Part shown: positions 1-14,689 of the stretch, in pieces
Numbering within the stretch: the stretch's first letter is position 1
Layout: each line of letters begins with the position of its first letter
Assembly: GCF_009914755.1 (NCBI RefSeq)
Contig: NC_060929.1
DNA from: the human T2T-CHM13v2.0 reference genome, Homo sapiens
Length of the DNA: 64,000 nt
Strand: one strand, 5' to 3'
Translations under genes and position numbers: made by a program
Notes under the pieces: generated by a model
The model's input: only the letters and a program-made list of their open reading frames with translations
Databases searched by the model: none
Told to the model about the DNA's origin: nothing

Positions 1-2984
1 CTCAGCATTTGCTGACTTGCATCTCTCTGGGGTGGAACCCCTAGAAGACAAGCAAAATGCCCTTGGCCACAACCACTACTAAGATCCCTTCTTTTGCTCC
101 TTTCAAGTTGGGAAAGGAACATAAACACTGAGATCACCCCAGAGCTGTAGTGGAAAGCCCAAGAATGCCAAGCCATGATCTACAGCCAGCACTCAATGGG
201 GAGAGAAACCCACACCCTCAGAGCATTAAGAAGGAACACAGTTGTAACCATGAGGAAACATAAGGGAGACACATAACCAAGTAAGAGTTTACCAACTAAC
301 CAATAAGCCTAAGTTCCACCTACTGGATCACATCCTAAAGCTTCAACACCAAAAATACCTCACTAACATACCCTCCTGAAACCAGAGACAAGAAGTCAGC
401 TACAAATAAAGACCCTGCATGAAGCCATGGCCCAATGAAAACATCCAGAAAAGAAGTCTATTGGCTGTACTTAACATACACTGCAGTTAAAGGAACACCC
501 ACATGCAGAGATGAGAAGGAACCAACGCAAAAACTCCAGTTACTCAAATGACCAAAGTGTTGTATGAGTTTAGTAATTCTAGATGCTGTTTGTGATTGAA
601 ACAAGATTGAGGACAACCTTGTCCTCCAAACAACTGCACCAGTTCACCAACAAGAGTTCTTAACCAGGATGAACTGGCTGGAATTACAGAAATAGAATTC
701 AGAATATGGATAGGAACAGATATAATTGAGGTTCAGGAGGATGGAAAAACCTAATCCAAAAAAATAAAAAATAAAAATCAAGATAAAGTGATACAGGAGC
801 TGAAGGACAAAATATCTGGTATAAAAAAGAACTTAATGGATCTGACAGAGCTGAATAACACAATACAAGAATTTCACAATGCAATCACAAGAATTAGCAG
901 AATAAACCAAGCTGAGGAAAGAATCTCAGAACTTAAAGACTGGTTCTTTGAAATAAGAAAACCAGACAAAAATAAAGAAAAAAGAATAAAAAGGAATGGA
1001 CAAAACCTCCAAAAAGTGTGGGATTATGTAAAGAGGCCAAATCTATGAATCACTGGCATCCCTGAATGGGCAGGGAAGGGAGGGCAGGAAGCAAACAACT
1101 TGGAAAACATATTTCAGGATATCATCCATGAAAACTTCCCCACCCTTGCTAGACAAGCCAACAGCCAAATTCAGGAAGTACAGAGAACTCCTAAAGGGTC
1201 TACAAGAAGATCATTCCCAAGACATATAATGGTCAGATTTTCCAAGGTCAAAATGAAAGAAAGAATGTTAAAGGCAGCTAGGGAGAAAGGGCAGGTCACC
1301 TACAAGGGGAACACCATCAAGCTAACAGCAAATCTCTCAGCTGAAACCTACAAGCCAGAAGAGATTGGGGGCCTATAGTGAACATTCTTAAACAAAAAAA
1401 ATCTTCGACCAAGAATTTCATATCCAGCCAAACTAAGCTTCCTAAACGAAGGAGAAATTAGATCCTTTTCAGATAAGCAAATGTTGAGGGAGTCTTATAA
1501 GAGATCTTGCAAAAAGCACTAAATATAAGAAAATACTGTTACCAATCACTACAAACACACATGAAGTACACAGACCAGTGACACTATAAAACAACCACAC
1601 CATCCAAGCCAACATAATAGCCAGCTGACACCACAATAAGATCAAATACATACATATCAATACTAAAATTGAATGTAAACAGGCTAAATGCCCCCACTTA
1701 AAAGGCACAGAGTGGCAAGCTGGAATAAAAAAAAAGCAAGACCCAATGGTATGCTGTCTTCAAGAGACCCATCTTACATGAAATGACAGCCATAGGCTCA
1801 AAATAAAGGGATGGAGGAAAATCTAACAAGCAAATGGAAAACAAAAAAAAAAGCAGGCTGCATTCCTAATTTCAGATAAAACAGGTTTCAAACCAACAAA
1901 GATAAAAAAAGACAAAGCATTTTATAATAATGGTCAAGAGTTCAATTCAACAAGAAGACCTAACTATCCTAAAGATATATGCACACAACACAGGAGCACC
2001 TAGATTCTTAAAGCAAGTTCTTAGAGACCTACAAAGAGACATAGACTCACACACAATAATAGTGGGAGACTTTAACACTCCACTGACAGTATTAGGCAGA
2101 TCACTGAGGCAGAAAATTAACAAAGATATTCAGGAACTAAACTCAACATTGCACCAAATAGATCGGATAGACCTTTACAGAACTCTCTACCCAAAAGCAA
2201 CAGAATATACATTCTTCTCATTGCCACATGGCACATACTCTAAAATTAATCACACAATTGGATATAAAATAATCCTCAGCAAATGCAAAAGAACCAAAAT
2301 CATATCAAGTCATGGATTAAAGGTTTAAATATAAAACCCCAAACTATAAAAACCCTGGAAGACAACCTAGGCAATACCCTCCTGAATATGGGAATGGGCA
2401 AAGACTTCATGACAAAGACACCAAAAGCAATCATGACAAAAGCAAAAATTGACAAGTGGGATCTAATTAAACTAAAGAGCTACTGTACAGCAAAAGAAAC
2501 TATCAACAGAGTAAACAGACAAACTGCATAATGGGAGAAAATATTTGCAAACTATGCATCTGACAAAGGTCTAATATCGAGCATCTATAAGGAAGGTAAA
2601 CACATTTACAAGAGAAAAACAACCCCATTAAAAAGTGGGCAAATGACATAAACAGATATTTTTCAAAAGAAGACATACATGCGGCCAACAAGCATATGAA
2701 ATGAAAGCTCAATATCACTGATAGAGAAGTGAAAATCAAAGCCACAATGAGATACAATTTCACACCAGTCAGAATGGCTACCATTAAAAAGAAAAAAAAA
2801 TAACCGATGCTGGTGAGGTTGCAGAGAAAAGGGAACACTTATACACTGTTGGTGGACGTGTGAATTTGTTCAACCATTGTGGAAAGCAATATGATGGTCC
2901 CTCAAAGAGCTAAAAACTGAACTACCATTCGACCCAGCAATCCCATTACTGGGTCTATACACAGAGGAATATAAATCATTCTAT
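1..2984 (+). mobile_element. Old primate L1 (L1PA/L1PB-like), dead; 5'UTR, broken ORF1, endonuclease region, internal deletion, ORF2 C-terminus, 3'-truncated
   Basis: ORFs 788..1048 and 1100..1378 are ORF1p-like. 1930..2328 has the EN motif IIVGDFNTPL. 2283..2531 has the ORF2 C-terminal [12 protein letters not shown]. Confidence 0.92.
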
Positions 2985-3424
2985 GCCCTTTCTCTACCTT
3001 TTGATTCCTGCTCTGCTCTGCTGACCTCTCATCTTGGCCCTGCCTAGAAGTCCAGGACTGGCAGGTCTCCATGGAAATCACATAGGGGACAGGCCCTTTG
3101 CTGAAGTGGGCAAGTGATGCCCTGACCAGCACTGACACAGTACACCAACTTGAGATACACAGAGTCCACCTTCGATGTTCACATGTCTCCCTTTCTGAAC
3201 CTTCTCTCGATTTTTGGGTGCCCCATCACCCTTCTTACGAATTCTAACTAATTCTGTACTCCCCACCCCACCCCAACTCACAGGGAAGAGACAGAGAAGT
3301 GGTGAGGTTTAAAAAGCAGCACGAGGGTCTCCCTGTCTAGTATACTAATGAATACACCTGTACCTATTATAATGCAGTAGCCCAGATCAGGGCAGGATGG
3401 TGACTCACTAAATTCACTCATTTA

Positions 3425-3445
3425 TACCTGGTTGATCCTGCCAGT
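3425..3445 (+). pseudogene. Fragment identical to the first 21 nt of 18S rRNA, flanked by imperfect direct repeats
   Basis: TACCTGGTTGATCCTGCCAGT; flanks aaattcactcatttat (3410-3425) and aaatgcacccatttat (3451-3466). Confidence 0.75.
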
Positions 3446-3469
3446 TAAAGAAATGCACCCATTTATCTG

Positions 3470-3715
3470 TTGAGTCAACACAAATTTGTTGAGCATCTAC
3501 TATGAGCCAGGCAGGGGTGATTCTTCAAATAAGACAAACAAAAACCATCCCCTGTGGAGCTTGTATTTGAGTAGAGAGATGAGCATTAGTATATAGTATA
3601 TTAGGCAGTGATAAGGAGAAAAAAATAAAGCAGGAAAGTCCCCTCTGAGAAATGACTTCCCAATAAAGACCTGAAGGAAGAGGGTGAGCTAACCATGCAG
3701 ATGTTCAGTGTTTCT
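3470..3715 (-). mobile_element. L2 3' end
   Basis: tcaacacaaatttgttgagcatctactatgagccaggca is the reverse complement of the L2 3' terminus. Confidence 0.65.
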
Positions 3716-3929
3716 TAACAAATGAGTCCCTGCTATGGGGCAGCATTATGGTTGGCATTTGCAAGGGCATTATCTGATTATGATCCTCACAGCAACCGTG
3801 AGGAGTATTGTATGATAAGACACCCCTTTCTCTTTTTTTAAACAAATAATGAGTTTGAGGTTCAGGTTTACTGACTTAACCAAAGTTCCCAAACACCATA
3901 TTAAGAGATACCACTCTCTTATCAATTTT

Positions 3930-4370
3930 AATAATTAGTAGTTTTAAAATTGTTCACATACATAACCATGTCATAAGAAATAAAAGCTTGTTTCTTTTTT
4001 TCCTTATCCTTAGGTCTTTCAGTTCTCTTTTCTTGTCTTATTATTTTGGGATACACAATGTTGAACAGAAGTAGTGAAGGCAGGCATCCTTGGCTTGTTC
4101 TGGATCTCAGAGGGAAAGAATGTAGCATTAAGGATACTTGCAGTAGTTTTGTGTTCTTGTTTACGAATACATATTTACTTATAGGTAGATAGATAAATAG
4201 ATAAACATTTATTAGAAAATGAATGTTTACTTTTATTCCTTGTTTCCTAGGACTTTTAAAACACATAAATAAATATTGAATTTTATTTAAATGTTTCCTG
4301 CATCCATTTGTGATGGTCATGTGACTTTACTCTTTTCCACCATTAATGTGATTTATAATAATTTATTTTC
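3930..4370 (-). mobile_element. Ancient L1M ORF2 (RT region) fragment
   Basis: ORF 3928..4320 contains FPLRSRTSQGCLPSLLLFNIV, a degraded L1 RT motif. Confidence 0.75.
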
Positions 4371-4396
4371 CTTTTTAAAACCCTTTTAAATTTTGC

Positions 4397-4701
4397 GGCC
4401 AGTCACGGTGGCTCATGCCTGTAATCCCAGCACTTTGGGAAGCTGAGGTGGGGGGATCACTTGAGCTCAGGAGTTTGAGACCAGCCTGGGCAGCAGGGCG
4501 AAACTCATCTCTACTAAAATTACAAAAATTAGCTGGATGTGGTGGTGCACACATGTAGTCCCAACTACTCAGGAGGCTGAGGTGGGAGAATCTCTTGAAC
4601 CCAGGAGACGGAGATTGCAGTGAGCCGAGATTACACCACTGCACTCCAGCCTGGGCAACAGAACAAGGCTCTGTCTCAAAACAAACAAACAAACAAACAA
4701 A
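4397..4701 (+). mobile_element. Alu (J/S-age) with (AAAC)n tail
   Basis: Dimeric Alu; TSD-like aaaccctttt/ctttc aaattttg on both sides. Confidence 0.95.
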
Positions 4702-5901
4702 CCTTTCAAATTTTGAAATGTAACCCATATCCAAAAAAGTGCATAAAATATAAATATACAGTATAGTGAATAAGGATGAATAGAAACATACTTGTAAAAA
4801 ATATTCAAGTGAAGAAACAAAACATTGCCCCTTGAGTGATATCTCTGAATCGGAAGCACTGACTTTTATAGTCAGTCCCCTCACTTGACTTTCTTTATAA
4901 TTTGCCCAACTATGTATGTATTTCTAAACAATAAAGTTTAGGTTTTGGTAGTTTTCCTGTTTTGGCTATATTGGATATATATTTTAAACCATTCTATCTT
5001 TCTTCTATTTAAAGCTATATCCCATTTCTATTCTTTTAATGATTGCAGAGGTTCTAACAAGTGTCCTTAACTTCTCAAAGTCTATGTTAAGCAATATCTT
5101 TACCCTCTTTCTGAATATTACCGCAACCTAAAAACACTATAACACTATTTCCTCCACTCCCAATTTATATGGTGAGTTGTGTAATTTAATTCTCTCTATA
5201 TGTAAGTTTTGCCTTTTTATGATGAAATAAAATGTACATACAGCAAAGCACATACAAAAGAAGGTACTACTTAATAATTCACTACAAAGTGAACCCCTGT
5301 AAAACCACCACCGAAGTCAAAAAATAGAACGTAGCCAGCAATCCAGAAGGCTCTTCTGTGCATCATTGCAATCACTAATCCCTTGGTCCCCCTCAAAGGT
5401 AAGCAATAGCCTGACATGTATGGTAATCTCTTCCTTGATGTTTTAAATGTTTTTACCACTAGGCATTCCTCTTTTAACTCTACAATTTTATTTTGCCTCC
5501 TTTTGAATTGTATGTAGATAAAATTATATTCGATTATTTTTTCCTGTTTTGCCTCTTTTGATCCATATTATGTTGGTGAGTTTTATCCATGTTGTTGTAT
5601 AGCTGTAACAAATTCATTTCCATTTATTCAGTGAATTTATCCATCCTTTTAGGAAAATTCATTCTGTTGAATGAGTTGTTTGTGATTGGGCTATTATGAA
5701 TAATGCTACTATGAAGAATATTTTACATATCTCTGGGTGCACATATACACATGTGGATATATATATATATATATGTACATATACAGTAAAATTCCTGAGT
5801 ATGAGTACTTCAACTTTAGTAGATATTACCAAAATCGTTTTAATGTGGTTTTACCAATTTATACCCAGTGTTCAGTTGCTTCACATTCTTGCCAATACTT
5901 A

Positions 5902-6899
5902 TGAGAAAAGAAAAGAGTGCTTATCTGAGGAATATGAGTCTTTTTAAATTATTAGGCCCAGAGAAACATTAAAATGGGACAGTAATCACGTTCTATCCTC
6001 CCCTTGAGCTATGTACTCATCTCATAGAAACTGCTTGCTATTGCCACAAATAGCCACAAATTAACCTAATAATGCCCCACCAGACACTATAACCCAAACC
6101 CTATGATGCAGGACAGGTAAGCCCCAAACTTAGGGCTTAGCCTAGGAGAGTTCTTGGCTTTGCCTAGGAACGAATTCAAGGGCAAGCCAGTGGGGTTAGA
6201 CAGCAGTCTTTTATTGAATGGTACTGCTCCTTCAAGAGAAGGACAAACTCATAGGCAGCACACCCAGAGTCAGCAATGTATGGGCTCTTGGCAACTGCAT
6301 TTGTATTCGCTTATACCCACTTTCAATTACATGCAAATTAAGGGGTGGCCCAATGCAAATTAAGGGACAGGCATATTTAGAACTGTCTTGGAAGGAGGCA
6401 GTAACTTCCTGCCATGGAAAGGGTTGGTAACTTCTGGGTCATTGTCATGGCATTTGTAAATTGTCATGGTGCTGGTGGGAGTGTCTTCTGCTAATGAGCA
6501 AAGAGGACAGCTGGGGATCACTTTCATCGCCATCTGCTGGTTCTTGCTGGTTTCTCCACTTGATCCTGTCTGAACCAGATCCTGTTTTGGTCAGCAGTGT
6601 TGTGACAAGAAAACAAGTCCTGCCAGTCTCCCACCTCACCTATAGTTTTACAATGTATAGCCAATCACTAATCAATATTATTTCTGTAAGCCACTGAGAA
6701 TTCCTGATGAATGACTTTGTATCAGCCCACTCCCTGTCCCCCTTTTTTTTTGCCTTTATGAACCTGCTTGTAACAAAGCCCAAAAGGAGCTTATTTTCAA
6801 GCTTACTTGGGTCTCAGTCTTCCAGGCAGCTGTCCTCATTTTGGCTCAAGTAAACTCTTTAAATTATATTTAGTGTCTCAGCCTCTTCCTTTTAGGTCA
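5902..6899 (+). mobile_element. ERV1-class solo LTR (outer element) interrupted by a second LTR
   Basis: TG...CA termini; typical 3' end with agtaaa signal and ccttttaggtca; exact family uncertain. Confidence 0.6.
6104..6638 (-). mobile_element. Nested ERV1 solo LTR (MER51-like)
   Basis: Minus strand begins TGAGGTGGGAGACTGGCAGGACTTGTTTTCT and ends CA; 4-bp TSD CCTA at 6100-6103 and 6639-6642. Confidence 0.75.
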
Positions 6900-6980
6900 T
6901 TATTATTATTTTTAAATTAGCTGTTCTGATGGGTGTGGCTGAGGTATTTTGTTCTTTAATTTGCTTCTCAATAATTCTAA

Positions 6981-7282
6981 CCAAGGTGCGGTGGCTCACA
7001 TCTGTAATCCCAGAGCTCTAGGGGGACAAGATGAGATCACTTGAGGCCAAGAGTTCAAGACCAGTCCTGGGCAACATAATGAGAGTGTTTCTATAAAAAA
7101 TAAAATAAAAATTAGCTGGGTGTGGTGGTGTGCACCTGTAGTCCTAGCTACTTGGGAGGCTGAGGTGGGAGGATCCCTTGGGCCCAGGAGTTTGAGGTTG
7201 CAGCGAGCTATGATTGCATCACTACACTCCAGCTTGGGCAACAGAGTGGGACCCTGTCTCTAAAAAATAGAAATAAAAAAAA
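6981..7282 (+). mobile_element. AluJ-like element
   Basis: Diverged dimeric Alu with A-tail. Confidence 0.93.
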
Positions 7283-7783
7283 CTCTAAGAAAAGCAAGCA
7301 CATATATATTTAGGAATCCCCTTTCATGTAGGGCTTATTCAAGTGTCTTGCCTGTTTTTCTATTGGTTTGTTTTTATCATATTGACTTTTAAGAGTTCTT
7401 CATATATTGTAGGATGTGAGACACATATCACTTTTTCTTTACATAAGGTTGGTAACAACTAGTCACATGATTTCACCAGATACAAAGGATCCTGGGAATG
7501 TAAGCTAGCTGTGGTGCACAGGAAGAAGAAAAAATGAGTTTTCTGAGCACTTACTAGTCACTACAATAATATCATCTAACAAATAAAAAATATTTCCCTA
7601 TATTCCAAATTTGCAAGTTTTTATTTCACAAAGAATTTCATTAAAATATTTCTATGATTTTATTTACTGAGATTGTCATGTAATTCTATTTCTGGTCATA
7701 TGTAATGAAGCCTTGCTACCATGATAATCACTGCTTACACAGCTGACTTGGCTTTGGCCTCCTGACCTGCATAGGATCATCCT

Positions 7784-8748
<965 letters not shown>

Positions 8749-11448
8749 ATCCCCAATCCACACTGAATGTTCACTTTCTTCTGCAGAATAAAAAGTAGAT
8801 ATTTGCTGGCCCTGAACAACAGAAAGCAGAACAAATAGATGTTTATGTGGTTGTACAGCATTGCTTAGGTACCAGCAGCAGCCTGGCAATGCTCCCTCCT
8901 CAGAGGTTGGAGCACCAATTCCATAATATTTCTTCCTCAAGCTCTACAATCTGGTAACTCCAACCTCTTCACTTCCATTTTCCCAACCATAGGGGTGACT
9001 GCTTTCTGCAGATTTTCTTTCTAGGTTTCTATATAGCTCCATTGCTGCTCTTTCAGCATTCTAACATGTATGTAACCAATCACTTCTGTTAAACCTGGCA
9101 TCATTTCTGTTTTCTTGATCATATCCAGATATATTACCCTTGAAAAACTCTAAGCTTGAGATATTGATGTGAACACATCCTCAATATATAAGTCAAAAAT
9201 TTAACTGAAATATTTCTGTATTCCAGGGCCACGGGGAGATGTTTTATATAGAGAATCGAGTGTCCAAATCAGAAGTAAATAATAAAGGCTCCTCCCTCCT
9301 CACTTTATGAATTCTATAACCTAGGTGTCCAGAGACCACAGAAGCTTAATGCAAGCCATAACTGTTGAATCTTTTGGTGGCTAAGAACCATTCTTGAAGT
9401 TCAAAAGATAAATAAATAATTAATGGAAACGTGAATTTCCCCATCTCAGGGATGGAGAGATGGGTGGGCAGAGGAAGAAAACAGGAAAAGCCAAGAAATT
9501 ACCAAGTCAGTTTCAATACTGGAGAGAAAAGGAAACCAGTTAAGACATCATCAAGGGAAAGCCAAGCATCAGTTGTGACAATTTCCATATCGTCAAGAAA
9601 TAACCAACCAACCAAGGACTTTGTGAAAGTCTTTGAGGCTAGGTGCTTGGTGCTCACAAGTCTTTACGCTGTAAGAATGAAACAGGCTGGCCAGAAGCCA
9701 CAGTCAGTCAGTTACCTGCAGGACCTTTCAGCTGTGGTAGGGAGACAATTCCCTAATTAGGCTGATTGTTAGGACATTAATCCTTTCTCCCTCCTGCTTC
9801 CAGTGAGCAAGGTGTGATCACTTGAGTTACACCTCCTAAGTCTGGTGAGAAAGTGTACAAAGGCAAATGTCCTTAGGTTCATTATCCCTCAAATAACAAG
9901 ACTGAGGGAGAAAGAACGGTTTTGTCTCATCCCAGTGTTAGAGACAACTCTTGCTTTGTTTCTCAGAAGTAAAACTCTGTCCAGGCTCAGTCAGTAGATT
10001 AGCCAGCCAGAAGATGGGGAAGTATAGTTCTATCTCATTGTTAACAGTCCACATGTAGAGGATTATGTACGTGCATGTGTATGTATTATGTATACTTATA
10101 CATACACGCATACACACACAAAGCATGGGTAATAGCTATGCTTCTTTGTAGCTTATTATTCTACAAAATTGATTGACTGTTCAGATGTAGTTTAGGAAAG
10201 GCCCTATTAAAGTCCAAGAACCCCTTGGACTTCTACCAAGTTGATTTAAGACTTACTGTAGTCATCTCCACCTGGGTGTAAGTGAGGTAGAACAGTGGAG
10301 CTTTAAGATATGTCTACAGACTTGTGCTTTATTCAGTTATTTTTATTAACAAGGTACCTGAGTGAAATTGGCCAGAGTTAAGATCTCTGAAAATGCCTGT
10401 TTTGATAGATCTCTTATTTCACTGACATAAACTATTTATTTGTAAAAAGAAAGTTTTAATTCCCACAATTCTTATAAAACCCTCACCCAGAATGAAACAC
10501 TAAAATTATTTGGTAGCTGAAAATACACTGAATTAAAATAAGCAAAAACACTTTCATAATCAATTATGAACAGTTTCAAACAGGTTAAAACTATGTCTAT
10601 GGCCCATGCTACTTTAGGCTACGCACTTGTGACATTTATCTACAGTCTTCAAATTCATTCTGAAAATTAAATGCTTCAGTAAACACCTTCATCAAAATTA
10701 ACATTAAAGATCATGTTCCCCTGTAAATTCAACATAAGATAAAACATTGTGTCCTTTCAGGATATAAAATGCATGGCTTTTATAAAAGGATGGGGCAAGA
10801 TATATGTATACGACTAAACATGACTTTTCCCATAATATTCACTATTATAACTTCTGTATTCACTTTTAACCTTTTAACCATCCTTCAGTCAGCATATACT
10901 TCATGAAAGGCACTGTTAGTTTCTAGGGATGTATAGATGACTGAGCCCTTGTTTGTGCTGTAGCAAACCTAGCCTATTCACATTTATTGTCTCCAAAAAT
11001 CCTTAGAACTCAAAGTACTAAGTTATTTTAATCTATTAGATGTTGACAAACATCTATTGGGCATTGGCTGAGCTATCACCAGCCAAAGAGTTGTGTTTTT
11101 CTTTAGCAAGAGATGATATGTGAAACAGGTTGACAGAGACCAAAAATTTCTTTTTTCCTGGTCAGAAAACCACAAGTGTGAATGAAGAATATAGTTTTTC
11201 AAATTTCTTAGAATTCTTTTTGGTGAATTAGGTCACATAGTATCTTTAGCTATTTAAGTGTGTGTTAAAGATACATCCATTTTCAGGAATTTTTGTTGGC
11301 TATCTTCAATGTGAAAATAACTTTATTCTTACTTCTTTTAGACAGAAAAGCAATGTTCTTTTGAAAGTTGGGTAACGGTCAAATAGTAGTCATATTTTCT
11401 CCTTATTTTTGCCACTATAGCCACAGGACTTTCTGAACAATGACACTA

Positions 11449-11765
<317 letters not shown>

Positions 11766-11935
11766 ATTTTTTTTTCTAAGGATTTTGTGGCTTGAAAATC
11801 TAGCAATTTTGACTAACTTTATACGTTTTTTATACTATTCTCGAAGAGATGTAAAAGGATGTATATGGAAGTTAATAGTCTGGTTTGCCTATATTGGATT
11901 TTAGTATCACTAAAATTACTTTTTTAAAAAGTTAA

Positions 11936-14670
<2,735 letters not shown>

Positions 14671-14689
14671 CTTTCAAACATAAGAAAAA

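Noticed and set aside
788-2531. Possible active L1 ORF1/ORF2
   Set aside because: Multiple frameshifts and stops, RT region deleted, no poly(A) tail; the intronic L1 at 43590-49875 is likewise dead.
2985-3400. Possible processed pseudogene after the L1 break
   Set aside because: The short ORFs here resemble no protein I recognise, and there is no poly(A) tail or TSD.
4375-4884. 169-aa ORF and similar ORFs with AQAGVQW / RLECSG peptides
   Set aside because: Translations of antisense Alu sequence.
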